Source: Coleofasciculus sp. B1-GNL1-01
Lineage (GTDB): Bacteria; Cyanobacteriota; Cyanobacteriia; Cyanobacteriales; Coleofasciculaceae
Length of the DNA: 64,000 bases
NCBI GenBank assembly: GCA_040220235.1
Contig: JAVJTO010000053.1
Reading direction: 5' to 3' (one strand)
Positions 1 through 9,839 of the stretch are shown in pieces (position 1 is the stretch's first letter; the number at the start of each line of letters is the position of its first letter). Both the position numbers and the translations under genes were made by a program. The notes under the pieces are model-generated. The model was not told where the DNA came from and did not search any database. It worked only from the letters and a program-made list of their open reading frames with translations.

Positions 1-481
1 AACTAGATGAAGCGATGATTCCATTTAAGGGTGTATATAACTCATGGGGGAGGGAATGGCAGATTTGACCGCGCAACTCATCCAACTTCTTTTGAGAGTG
101 TCGTTCCAGAACCCCTTGTTTCTCAAATCGCGCCGCGATCGCTCTCAGTAACGCCTCTCTGGTAAAGGGTTTACTTAAATAATCATCGGCGCCAGATTCC
201 ATTCCCTGACGCAGATCGGCTTTAGCTGATTTAGCAGTGAGAAAAATAAAGGGAATCGCTTCAGTGGAGAGATTTTGGCGTAGCTGAGTTAACACCCCAT
301 ATCCATCCACTTCTGGCATCATAATGTCACAGATAATTAAATCGGGTCGTTGCTGTTGCGCCAACTGGATGCCAGTTTTACCATTTTCTGCTAAAAGTAC
401 CTCAAACTCTTCTGCTGATAACAGTTCATAAATGTTCTCTCGAATCCCTTCTTCGTCTTCAATAATTAAAATTTTACTCAT
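1..481 (-). CDS. Hybrid response regulator/histidine kinase (REC then HisKA), runs off the window edge
   Basis: Not in the ORF track. Manual translation from ATG at 481: MSKILIIEDEEGIRENIYELL...PDLIICDIMMPEVDGY...FLTAK...GADDYLSKPF (receiver), followed by HELYTPLNGII (H-box). Confidence 0.9.
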   Translation of the reverse strand, partial: MSKILIIEDEEGIRENIYELLSAEEFEVLLAENGKTGIQLAQQQRPDLIICDIMMPEVDGYGVLTQLRQNLSTEAIPFIFLTAKSAKADLRQGMESGADDYLSKPFTREALLRAIAARFEKQGVLERHSQKKLDELRGQICHSLPHELYTPLNGIIASSS

Positions 482-555
482 AAGTTTTACCTCTAAGCTT
501 TTTATGTTTTGGTCACGGAGAATGAGACGATTCTTGTTTACCCCTCCTCAATCGG

Positions 556-3500
556 TTATCCGGAAATGACCGAACTGGGTAGAACCACGGTAAACGTTGT
601 CCCCATACCAAGTTCGCTCTCAACGCTAATTGTACCCCCATGCCGATCAACCGCTTTTTTGACAATGGATAGTCCCAAGCCTGTTCCGGAAATATTCCCT
701 ACATTAGTGCCACGATGGAATGATTCAAACAGGCGTTGTTGGTCGGTTTGAGAAATGCCGATGCCTTGGTCTTTGACGCGAAAAATTAATTCGTTACGGC
801 GATAAGTAAGTTCCAGACAAACCGGACGATCAATTGGGGAATACTTCAGCGCATTTGATAATAAATTACCCAGAATATGACGCAGTAATTTCTCATCAAG
901 GGAAATGGGTGTCAATTGCCCCTGATGGGTAAAGCACAACGAATGGTGGCGACCAATTCCCTGTTGAAACTCCTCGACCAACTGTTGACAAAATTGTCGT
1001 ACATCCATCTGAGCCGGGTTAAAGTCTAATTTTCCGGCTTCGGCTTTACCCAGCAAGAGGATATCATTTAGCATCTGAGTGATATGATGAACATTCGATT
1101 GAATCCGCTCAAAATGAATCTGTTTTTTCTCTTCTGTGAACTTCGAGGAATAATATTTTAATAATTCTGTCGAACTGAGGATTGTGGTTAAAGGCGTGCG
1201 AAACTCATGGGAGGTCATAGAAATAAACCGGGATTTGAGTTCATTGAGTTCCTGTTCTCGTGCTAAGGCTTGGCGAATTTCCTGTTCAGCTTGCTTATCC
1301 TCGGTGATATCTTCCGCAATTCCCACAATCCGGTAAACCTGTCCAGACGCATCATAAACCGGAAAGGCGCGATCGCGAATCCAACGCTGTTCACCTCCTG
1401 GCTGAATAATCCGATAGTCTTCGTGATACTCTCCCCTAGCCTGTTTCGTAAACGCGGCGATTACCCGATCTCGATCCTCTGGATGAATCGTTTCGATAAA
1501 GGATAAAGGATTGTCATAAATACTTTGACAACTACGACCCCAGATCTGTTGATAAGCTGGACTAACATAAATCATCTGGGACTTTGCCACATCTGTAATC
1601 CAAAACACCTCATGAATGTTCTCCGCAAGCTGGCGAAACCGTTGTTCACTCTCTTGTAGCGCCGCTTCCGTGCGCTTGCGATCGCTAATATCTTCGATCA
1701 CACCGACAAAATAGTCCAATTCCCCGGTAGATTTCCGCACCAATGAACCCCTGAGATTCACCCAAACAATTGAGCCGTCTTTGCGAATGTAGCGCTTCTC
1801 CATGGAGAATGTCTTAATCTCACCCGCTAACAACTGGTTAACATAGTATTTATCCCCATCAACGTCATCAGGGTAGGTAATATCAACAAAGGTTTTTGTC
1901 AACAATTCATCCAGCGTATATCCCACGATATCACAGAACGTTTGATTCACCCGCAAAAAGCGATCGTCCCATCCGGTATGGGTAATTCCCACCGTCACCT
2001 GTTCAAAGGTGGAACGAAATCGTTCTTCGCTAGTTCGTAGCGCCGCTTCCGTTTGCTGGCGTTGGGTAATATCGCGACAGATACAAATAAAATTACCCTC
2101 TGGGGTCAACGTTAGAGACACTTCCTCAGCAAACGTACTCCCATTTTGACGTAGCGCCACAGCTTCACCGCGCCAATACCCCTGTTGCTGCAAAATGGGG
2201 AAAATATCGCGCTCAAATCGCGTGATTTCCTCTGGAGTATACAGGTGTCGCCAAGACTTCCCCAGCAACGCTTCCGAGGTATCATATCCAAAGAGTTGAA
2301 CATGGGCGGGGTTGAGATAAGTATACTCCCCCTGAGCGTTAAGAATCGCAATTCCTTCTGTGGTGGCTTCAATCGCTGCTAACTGTTGTCGCAATTGGGT
2401 TTCTACCTGTTGACGTTCGGCAATTTCATGCTGTAATTGTTGGTTACTTTGCTGCAATTGAGCCGTGCGTTCCTCAACCCGACGTTCTAGTTCTTGTTTC
2501 GCCTGTTGCAGTTCTAGTTCCACTCGTTTACGTTGGATGAGTTCCGTTTGCACCTGCTCAAATAGGCTAGCTTGTTGAATCGCAATTCCTACCTGTACCG
2601 CTAACTGTTGCAGTAATTCAATTTCTGACGTTTGCCACTGTCTAGGTGCATGACAGTGTTGAGCCGTCAGCAGTCCCCATAATTCATCGTCTTTAATGAT
2701 AGGAACCACTAAATTGGCGCGAACTTTTAAGCTGGCTAAAAGTTCAACATGACAAGGGGAGAGTCCAGCGGTATAAATATCATCTGTAGCTTGGAAACGA
2801 CCGTTTTTGTACGACTCGACACTGGTTTGTTCAAAGCAGGGATCATGAACAACCACGCCAGACAGAGACTCCCATGCAGCACCCACCGATTCCACCATCA
2901 CTGTACCACTCCAGTCGGAGTGAAATCGATAAATTAGTACCCGGTCAACTTGAAGCCATTCTCGTACTTCTTGTAGGGTGGTTTTGAGAATTTCTTCAAG
3001 GTGCAGAGATTGACGAATTCGCGACGATATGCTGTAAAGTAGGTGTTCTTTGGTTGAGTGTTGAGTGTAGAGTGTTGATCCTTCGCCACCCTCGTAGGGA
3101 ACCTGGTTCGTAGGGGCGGGTTTAGGAATTTCCTTTTCGCTATTGATGGTATCGTTTGTACAAAACCCGCCCTGACTCAGTGTTAACTGCAACTGGGTAT
3201 CAGTTTGAGGAGTCAGTTCAGCGTTAACCGGAGAAATAGAGGGCAAAATTGGATTTAGAAACGATAACGTTTTGCCATTAAGGTTTATCGCCCGCAACCA
3301 GCTGTCCTGGTCAATCATCCCCTGCCATTCTCCCCGATTCCCTAAGACGACCAATTGCTGAGTGTGCCACTGTTGCATCCGTTGATAAGCTGTACCTAAA
3401 AAATCATCAGGGCGAATACTAAACCACGGCGAACTCATTACCGTTTGGGCATCAAGCTGTTGAAAATTTAAGGGTAATGTTTGAAACTGAACAATATCGT

Positions 3501-4227
3501 TGGCTGTAACAATCCCCATGGGAATAGGGGATTGACTAAACGATAAAAAATAGGACAAGTCTAAATCTGTAACCGTCTCCCCTTTTCCCTGTTCCCTCTG
3601 TCGAACAATCACCACGTAACCAACACCATGAGTTGCCATCAACTGAGCTAACTTTTGCACTGATGCTGTAGGAGGCGCACAAATCACCTGAGTTGTCATC
3701 ACTTCAGCAACAGAATGTAACCCCATTACATCCGTCATTTGTAGGAGGTGGTGCATTCTCTGGGGGGTGACAATTCCTAACAGATAACCACTCTCATTGA
3801 GTATGGGTAGATGATGAATACTATGCTGCTGGAACAAGTTGAGGATGATTGTTACATCTTGACAGTCTGATGCGTTGAGGGTAATTAACTGCGGAGTCAT
3901 CACATCAGCCGCCGTCAGTGCGTCTAAATTCATGTCAAACGCGGCTAACCGGACAAAATCTTGCTCTGTCAACAATCCAAGCAGTTGCATTCCCTGCATG
4001 ACTAAAACACAACTGGTTCTCGCCTGCTTCATTAAACGCCAATCCGGTAAGGGATGGTCACTCTCGGTAGACGTGTCTGATAAACAGGTGGTGCAATCAC
4101 ATCCAGCTTCTTGAGCAATCAGACGGATAACCTCACTCAAGGTTGTCTCAGGTGCAACACTCAAGGGATAGGGATCAATTACCGCCTCTAACGGTAATGA
4201 CGAGAGGGAGAGGTCTAGAAGTGACAT
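556..4227 (-). CDS. Sensor histidine kinase: CBS pairs, DXCF cyanobacteriochrome GAF, three PAS/PAC, HisKA/HATPase
   Basis: CBS motifs (ADVMTP, AEVMTT); GAF with HDPCF and SPCH; PAS/PAC repeats; SHEFRTPL H-box, NLLSNALKYS, DQGIGI, GTGLGL. ATG at 4227 is preferred over the track's 4281 start. Confidence 0.93.
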   Translation of the reverse strand: MSLLDLSLSSLPLEAVIDPYPLSVAPETTLSEVIRLIAQEAGCDCTTCLSDTSTESDHPLPDWRLMKQARTSCVLVMQGMQLLGLLTEQDFVRLAAFDMNLDALTAADVMTPQLITLNASDCQDVTIILNLFQQHSIHHLPILNESGYLLGIVTPQRMHHLLQMTDVMGLHSVAEVMTTQVICAPPTASVQKLAQLMATHGVGYVVIVRQREQGKGETVTDLDLSYFLSFSQSPIPMGIVTANDIVQFQTLPLNFQQLDAQTVMSSPWFSIRPDDFLGTAYQRMQQWHTQQLVVLGNRGEWQGMIDQDSWLRAINLNGKTLSFLNPILPSISPVNAELTPQTDTQLQLTLSQGGFCTNDTINSEKEIPKPAPTNQVPYEGGEGSTLYTQHSTKEHLLYSISSRIRQSLHLEEILKTTLQEVREWLQVDRVLIYRFHSDWSGTVMVESVGAAWESLSGVVVHDPCFEQTSVESYKNGRFQATDDIYTAGLSPCHVELLASLKVRANLVVPIIKDDELWGLLTAQHCHAPRQWQTSEIELLQQLAVQVGIAIQQASLFEQVQTELIQRKRVELELQQAKQELERRVEERTAQLQQSNQQLQHEIAERQQVETQLRQQLAAIEATTEGIAILNAQGEYTYLNPAHVQLFGYDTSEALLGKSWRHLYTPEEITRFERDIFPILQQQGYWRGEAVALRQNGSTFAEEVSLTLTPEGNFICICRDITQRQQTEAALRTSEERFRSTFEQVTVGITHTGWDDRFLRVNQTFCDIVGYTLDELLTKTFVDITYPDDVDGDKYYVNQLLAGEIKTFSMEKRYIRKDGSIVWVNLRGSLVRKSTGELDYFVGVIEDISDRKRTEAALQESEQRFRQLAENIHEVFWITDVAKSQMIYVSPAYQQIWGRSCQSIYDNPLSFIETIHPEDRDRVIAAFTKQARGEYHEDYRIIQPGGEQRWIRDRAFPVYDASGQVYRIVGIAEDITEDKQAEQEIRQALAREQELNELKSRFISMTSHEFRTPLTTILSSTELLKYYSSKFTEEKKQIHFERIQSNVHHITQMLNDILLLGKAEAGKLDFNPAQMDVRQFCQQLVEEFQQGIGRHHSLCFTHQGQLTPISLDEKLLRHILGNLLSNALKYSPIDRPVCLELTYRRNELIFRVKDQGIGISQTDQQRLFESFHRGTNVGNISGTGLGLSIVKKAVDRHGGTISVESELGMGTTFTVVLPSSVISG
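3110..3176. repeat. GTAG-type REP doublet (REPIN-like) lying in-frame inside the kinase gene
   Basis: gtaggggcgggttt...aaacccgccctgac, same length (67 bp) and closely similar to the intergenic copy at 57344-57410. Confidence 0.85.
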
Positions 4228-4370
4228 GGCAAACTTCAGAAGTGTAACGATAGAGGAGTCTGGGGTCTTATCTTTTATCAAACGTCAACTCAACTGGATT
4301 TGACATCCGTATGTTTACGGACTCTGAGAACCCGATTATCCTCATTCACCGTATTTTTTCTGAGGGTTTG

Positions 4371-4416
4371 TCATTGGTCATTGGTCATTGGTCATTGGTC
4401 ATTGGTCATTGGTCAT
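4371..4416. repeat. STRR heptamer array (tcattgg)n
   Basis: About six tandem copies. Confidence 0.95.
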
Positions 4417-4471
4417 GGGTTATGGGTCAAGGTAAGTCGAGGTGTAGCCTATTTCCTGGCGCGTAGTGCTA

Positions 4472-4621
4472 TAAGCTGTCATGCATTTAAATTGGGTATT
4501 AGTAGCGAGCAAGATGCTCAATGTAGCGAGCAAGATGCAAAGCCTGCGGCATGGCTTCGCTTAACGCACTACAAGGGTGGGAGCCATTATTGGCATTAAG
4601 GTTGAAATGCCGAACAGCTTA
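4472..4621. mobile_element. MITE copy 1 (TAAGCTGT...ACAGCTTA), expanded by an internal duplication and an insert
   Basis: Terminal inverted repeats with TA at both ends; homologous to 49548-49653 and 57224-57332. Confidence 0.85.
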
Positions 4622-4826
4622 CTGGCGATGTGCCAAGCCAACTACGCCCTTTGTCCTTTGTTCGGAATCACTTCTCTTCCCTTCTACTCTCTGCTTTCTA
4701 CCTGTTGCTATATGTCCGAGTAATTGCGGAATCGGCAAATTATAAGTCCTATTTTTTTGTGTAATTTCCCGGAGGAAAAATAAGCCAACTATCTCTAGGA
4801 TTGATTTAGAGTCAAGGTGATGTTTT

Positions 4827-5018
4827 ATGCGGGTTCATCAACATTCTATTTTATTGGCAGAAGTGAAGCAACTGGTTGAGCAACTTCCGCTGGAAGACAA
4901 GGCTCAATTAGTTGAAAATTTGTTAACTGGAACTGATTCACCAGCGATTTTGGGGTGCTTGGATTTATCGAATTTGTTTTTCGCGATCGCGAGTTGGATT
5001 GCTACACGAGAGATATAA
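4827..5018 (+). CDS. Small hypothetical protein
   Basis: 63-aa ATG ORF with amphipathic helix pattern, ending 10 nt before the next gene's ATG. Confidence 0.5.
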   Translation: MRVHQHSILLAEVKQLVEQLPLEDKAQLVENLLTGTDSPAILGCLDLSNLFFAIASWIATREI

Positions 5019-5028
5019 GCCAAAACCG

Positions 5029-5502
5029 ATGAGTAAGACCCCTTTTTCAGACCCCTTTTTTGCCCAAATTCCTGCGGAAACACTCAAGACATTTACGCCA
5101 GAACAGTTAGAGGCGATTAAATATGCCTTTAGTCCCCGCCCTTGGAAAACGCATCCGGTTGATATCCGCTTAACTTTACCGATTCTTGGATGTCGCTTTT
5201 ATCTCGTTTTGTTAGGCGGACGAGAATCGCGTTCTCCTCAACGGCGACATACTGAACGTTCTCAATTTCCGCTATGGACGCCTGCCAATATTGTATTGAT
5301 TACAGCTTTTTTTTCGTTATTGCTAACCTCCGGCTATGGCACAGTTTCAGTCTTTTTCACTTCCTTTAAATCCTTCAGTCTTCCCACCACCGCTTATCCC
5401 GCCAGTCTGCCCTGGATTACTAACTCAGAACAGTGTCAGAAAACCAATAGAACCTGGTCAGAAGGACAATGCTGGGACAGTGAACACAATCCTCTATTTT
5501 AA
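5029..5502 (+). CDS. Hypothetical single-TM protein (paralog of the next gene) with a Cys-containing tail
   Basis: DPFFAQIP..TFTPEQL...HPVDIRL..P...FYLVLL.GRE.R motif shared with 5590-5982; one TM segment. Confidence 0.8.
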   Translation: MSKTPFSDPFFAQIPAETLKTFTPEQLEAIKYAFSPRPWKTHPVDIRLTLPILGCRFYLVLLGGRESRSPQRRHTERSQFPLWTPANIVLITAFFSLLLTSGYGTVSVFFTSFKSFSLPTTAYPASLPWITNSEQCQKTNRTWSEGQCWDSEHNPLF

Positions 5503-5589
5503 CCTGTTTTTTGTATTTTATTATTGAGATTTATCCGCTTACTTACATGACCTTGTTGTAAAAACTACATTCAGAAAAACTAACATTTT

Positions 5590-5982
5590 ATGAAATCGTC
5601 AAAACCTGATCCATTTATTGAACAATTTTTCGCTCGCATCCCCCCTAAAACCGCTGCTACATTTAATCCTAATCAACTGGATATCCTTAAGCAAACATTC
5701 GGGAATCGTGCCTCGAAAAAACATGCTGTTGATTTACGCTTATCGATGCCATTTCCGAAAGGAGGCTTTTACTGGGTGCTATTGATGGGGAGGGAAAAAC
5801 GTAGTCGCGATCGCATTCAGCAAGAACGTCATAAACATCCGCTTTGGACTGTTGCCAATGGTTTAGTAATTTCCGGATTTTTATTGATGATTGCCACCGC
5901 TTTACTCGGTACAGTTTTTATCCTGCAAGAGCGGACGGACGTTCCGACTAACTCAGAAATTAACAACGTTGTCAAGGAATAA
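5590..5982 (+). CDS. Hypothetical single-TM protein (tandem paralog)
   Basis: DPFIEQFFARIP..TFNPNQL...HAVDLRL..P...FYWVLLMGREKR; PLWT before the TM segment. Confidence 0.8.
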   Translation: MKSSKPDPFIEQFFARIPPKTAATFNPNQLDILKQTFGNRASKKHAVDLRLSMPFPKGGFYWVLLMGREKRSRDRIQQERHKHPLWTVANGLVISGFLLMIATALLGTVFILQERTDVPTNSEINNVVKE

Positions 5983-6142
5983 ATCAACGTAGGGGCGCAC
6001 TGACGTCATCTGTGTAAACTTAAGGTGAAAAATTTTTCCCTGTCAGAGTTTGAATCTCGTTGCCTTAATCTTAACTCCCCTTAATCCCAGGGCTAATTCA
6101 TTGTGATGAGAGAAAATTAATCCGTAGTTCTATTAAATAAAT

Positions 6143-6994
6143 CTAAAAAGGAAAACTTCCATTTTCACAAAGGCTAGGAGTGAGAAAATGCAGAGTCGCC
6201 AAAACACCCAGAATCGCACTGACAATTATACCTGTAGCAATTCGTTTAATTCGTACAAACTGGGCAAGCTGACTCGCCCAAATATATTCTCGGTGTTCTT
6301 GAAGTGGCAATGGTGTATTGTTATCCGATGCAGCTAACCAAGCTGTTGCTTCCCACAATTGTTTACCGCGTAGCAAATAGCTGCGATCTCTATCATGAGA
6401 GACCCAATCCCGCCAGAGTCCGTAGAATTTAGTATGTAATCTGGCGTCTTCTGGATTAATATTGAGAGCATCCAATAATTTGGTTAAGCAAACATCAAAG
6501 TTCTCTTCTGGAGTAAAAAACATCCAGTTTATGGCTCGCAAAGATAAGGGAACTGGATCAGGTTGCTCAATCACAATCGGAAAAATCCGTTTACCTTGAC
6601 TTAAAGCATACTCTAACTCTTGACCACAAACCTTAGATATTGCCGAGTTTTGGGTTAGCATAAATAAAAAATAATCAGAATCTTCAATCCCTCGCTTAAT
6701 TTCCTCCCACCACTCAACCGCTGGTGGAATATCTTCCCAATCTACCCAGATTTCATAATTCGGAGATAGAGCGGCGTAGAGTTTTTCAACGAATACTTTG
6801 TCCTTGTGGGAGTAAGAGAAAAATAGCATACTGCCACGTTCTTGAATGTCCGGTTTTCGGAAACTATCTTTGAGTAAAAACAGCAGCCTTTTGAGAAAAC
6901 GCGGGGGAGGAGAAGGAGGAATCGGAGTTTGAAGGCTAGTCATTTGATATCCAGAACTATACGATAAAGCTTGAATGGTTGGATACTTCACCAC
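6143..6994 (-). CDS. TIR-domain protein with C-terminal TM helix
   Basis: FFSYSHKD, IWVDWEDI, SKVCGQELEYA (putative catalytic Glu), LLRGKQLWEATAWL helical motif, hydrophobic C-terminus. Start may be 6943 or 6829. Confidence 0.85.
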   Translation of the reverse strand: MVKYPTIQALSYSSGYQMTSLQTPIPPSPPPRFLKRLLFLLKDSFRKPDIQERGSMLFFSYSHKDKVFVEKLYAALSPNYEIWVDWEDIPPAVEWWEEIKRGIEDSDYFLFMLTQNSAISKVCGQELEYALSQGKRIFPIVIEQPDPVPLSLRAINWMFFTPEENFDVCLTKLLDALNINPEDARLHTKFYGLWRDWVSHDRDRSYLLRGKQLWEATAWLAASDNNTPLPLQEHREYIWASQLAQFVRIKRIATGIIVSAILGVLATLHFLTPSLCENGSFPF

Positions 6995-7218
6995 AACTCG
7001 TAAATTTTCCGGTTTTTGTTAAACTTTCTTTATATTCTTGAGAGAATAAGTCGTGATGTATTAATTTTCTCTAAGTCATTAGTGGAGTTTTCTAGTATCG
7101 ACGGCTGTGTTCCTGGAAAAGGACTGAATTCGTGGGTGGAGGTGATTGAACCATAGGGAGATGTGCCAGAATCACACCTTCGGTAACCTGAACTTAAATT
7201 CGATTTAAGGAGAGAATA

Positions 7219-7611
7219 ATGCTGGAGAATGCCCAAACACACAATCAGACAACTCCGGAAGATGAAGCCAATCTGGATGCGATCGCCACTGACGCCACCA
7301 ACGCGATTAACCAACTCCCCACAGCCACACAGACGCAGCTTACAGGAACCAAAGAACTCCTGAGACAATTGCAGCGTATTATTGAGGCGGAGGATAACTT
7401 ATCGCCCCAAGACAAAGCCCAAGCCTTAGAACAGGTGAAGATACTCGCCGAAGCCGGGAAGAATCCCCAAGCGCCACAGAAACAGGAACAAGCCCAAACC
7501 GCCATTAGAATTTTACGCGGGATGATTGCCGAATTACCCAACGCCCATGACTTTTTAGAAGAGAGTACGCGGATATTACCCCAACTGGCGGAGATTTTTG
7601 GTATTAAATAG
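7219..7611 (+). CDS. Small helical hypothetical protein
   Basis: AAGGAG RBS before the ATG; resembles helical domains normally found at the C-terminus of larger cyanobacterial proteins (from memory). Confidence 0.8.
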   Translation: MLENAQTHNQTTPEDEANLDAIATDATNAINQLPTATQTQLTGTKELLRQLQRIIEAEDNLSPQDKAQALEQVKILAEAGKNPQAPQKQEQAQTAIRILRGMIAELPNAHDFLEESTRILPQLAEIFGIK

Positions 7612-7616
7612 GGTTG

Positions 7617-7670
7617 GCTGAATAAGTATTGTGGTGAGGATAGGGAACAGGGAACAGGGAACAGGGAACG
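7617..7670. repeat. Dispersed ctgaataagtattgtggtg motif followed by an (agggaac)n array
   Basis: Related motif at 28655-28680 and, inverted, at 14976-14999. Confidence 0.75.
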
Positions 7671-7963
7671 GTTTCATAGCGTAAAACGTTTTGTTCTCTG
7701 TCGGTTCTCTATTGGTTCCCTCCCATTGATATGGGGTGGGTTTGGGCGGGGTCAGATCAACGTATCTTTTAAGCTTCACTTGAATTTGCCTTGACCCCAA
7801 AACTCAATAAACACACCCCGAACAGGTGCGGTGAATACTACTCCAATAGGGTATTGAACCGAATCACTCCAGCCATCTAGTTTTTGTATTCTAAAACCAT
7901 AGTAAAGAGGTGGTTCTACAAAACCCCTGAAATACTCACTTCGTTTTTAGAGGGTTATACATT

Positions 7964-8401
7964 ATGGCACTGATTCGTTGGGAACCGTTCCGGGAAATTG
8001 ATTCCTTACAAACTGAAATGAACCGTCTGTTTGACAGCCTCACACCGACAAGCCGTTCTGAATGGGCAGGAAACTTTGTTCCTCCCGCCGAAATGCACGA
8101 AAATGGAGATGCGGTTTACCTCAAACTTGAAGTTCCAGGCATAGACGCCAAAAATCTGGACGTGCAAGTTACCGCAGAAGCCGTCTCCATTAGTGGTCAA
8201 CGCCAAGCTGAAACCAAGACTGACCAAAAAGGTGTTACGCGAAGTGAATTCCGCTATGGCAAATTCCAACGAGTAATTCCCTTACCTGCTCGAATTCAGA
8301 ACGATAAAGTGGAAGCCGATTACAAAGATGGCATCTTGATGCTAACTCTGCCCAAAGCAGAAGCCGAAAAAACCAAAGTAGTCAAAGTTAACATCGGCTA
8401 A
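7964..8401 (+). CDS. hspA: Small heat shock protein (Hsp20/alpha-crystallin family)
   Basis: MALIRWEPFREI, SEFRYGKFQRVIPLP, ADYKDGILMLTLPK. Confidence 0.95.
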   Translation: MALIRWEPFREIDSLQTEMNRLFDSLTPTSRSEWAGNFVPPAEMHENGDAVYLKLEVPGIDAKNLDVQVTAEAVSISGQRQAETKTDQKGVTRSEFRYGKFQRVIPLPARIQNDKVEADYKDGILMLTLPKAEAEKTKVVKVNIG

Positions 8402-8417
8402 TCTTAGCCAAACACTC

Positions 8418-8746
8418 GTATGGGCGCACTGACGTGCGCCCTATTTCCCTGAAAACCTATTGTTGAGAATGGCGCTAATTAATCGTTATGTAGGGTGGGT
8501 TAGGCGGGACTTAAAGTCAGGCAATAAACCTTTAATGGACTATCCGCCGTAACCCACCGATATTGGGAGCATGTTAGGGAAAGCACGCAATACTCCAGTT
8601 AACCGGATAAGTTAGGTTTCGTCCCTCAACCCAACCTACAAAGTTGACATGCATTCCCGATATTTAGGTAGCGATGTTTTATAACGGACAGAATTTATGT
8701 CCAGATACTTACGCCTTGAGCAAGGGCGCAAGGATGGTGCCCCTAC
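8418..8746. repeat. Composite cluster of REP hairpins and MITE remnants between convergent genes
   Basis: gggcgcac-tgac-gtgcgccc, gtagggtgggtta...taacccacc, gttaggtt...aacccaacctac, gggcgc...gtgcccctac; aatttatgtccagatactta is a near inverted match to taagtacctggacataaatt at about 31251. Confidence 0.7.
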
Positions 8747-8780
8747 GGATAGATTGGCAATAATCCAGGACAAATTACAA

Positions 8781-9839
8781 TTAAAGTAACTGACTAAATC
8801 TCGAATCCGCTTGTAGGGTTTTCAGTACCTGCTTAATTTCTTGGGTGCGGTCTTTTTTCACAATTAACGTCACCCCACCATCTCGCACAACCACCACATC
8901 TTCTAAACCAATTGTCACAATCACCTCATCCTGATCACTGGTATAAAGAATCGCCCCTTGGGTATCTTTCCCTACATGAGTTGCCAGTTCCACATTCGCC
9001 GCCTCTCCCTTGTGCAACCGTTCTAAAGCATTCCAATCTCCCAAATCATCCCAACCAAACGCAACCGGGAGAACATAAGCCAGTTGGGTTTTCTCCATTA
9101 AGGCATAGTCAATACTCGTTTTAGGTAGTTTAGAATAAGCAGCAACACCCTGGTTTTGCAACGGATTTATAATATCAGCCGCATGAGTTTTCAATTCCGC
9201 TAATACGACACCAGCCCGGAAAATAAACATCCCACCATTCCAGCTAAATTTTCCCGTCGCCAGAAATTTATCGGCTGTTTCTCGGTCTGGCTTTTCTGTG
9301 AATCGAGCCACCCGATAAATTGGTAAATTATTAAAGGTTCCGGCGGGTTCTCCTTGTTCAATATAACCGTAACCTGTAGAGGGGTAGTCCGGGGCAATTC
9401 CTAAGGTGACAATCGCCGCTTCAGTCGTCGCTAACTGAGTCGCCGCCTCAATCGTCTGCTGAAACGCCTGCTGATCCGCAATCCAATGGTCTGCTGGAAA
9501 AAAGCCGATCACTGCATCTTCTCCATAATGACGCGCAATTTCTAAGGTTGCCCACGCCACAGCAGGTGCGGTATCCCGCCCTTCGGGTTCAGCTAATATA
9601 TGCTCACTATCGAGTTGGGGTAACTGTTCTCGCACCCCGTCGGCTAATTGAGCCGATGTGATCACCCAGACATTCGCTGAATCTCCCGCCAATTGACTGA
9701 GACGGTCAGCCGTGGTTTGTAATAAACTCTTTCCACTACCATCTAAACTTAAGAACTGCTTGGGTCGATGCTTGCGGCTGAGGGGCCAAAACCGTTCACC
9801 TTTGCCGCCAGCTAAAATTACAGGTATTAATTGACTCAT
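8781..9839 (-). CDS. manC: Mannose-1-phosphate guanylyltransferase
   Basis: VILAGGKGERFWPLSR..PKQFL, EPEGRDTAPA, FTEKPD, SIDYALMEK, GWDDLGDW. Confidence 0.95.
   Translation of the reverse strand: MSQLIPVILAGGKGERFWPLSRKHRPKQFLSLDGSGKSLLQTTADRLSQLAGDSANVWVITSAQLADGVREQLPQLDSEHILAEPEGRDTAPAVAWATLEIARHYGEDAVIGFFPADHWIADQQAFQQTIEAATQLATTEAAIVTLGIAPDYPSTGYGYIEQGEPAGTFNNLPIYRVARFTEKPDRETADKFLATGKFSWNGGMFIFRAGVVLAELKTHAADIINPLQNQGVAAYSKLPKTSIDYALMEKTQLAYVLPVAFGWDDLGDWNALERLHKGEAANVELATHVGKDTQGAILYTSDQDEVIVTIGLEDVVVVRDGGVTLIVKKDRTQEIKQVLKTLQADSRFSQLL

Noticed and set aside
4300..4745. ORFs 4300-4599 and 4551-4745
   Set aside because: They are made largely of STRR and MITE DNA with no protein-like features.
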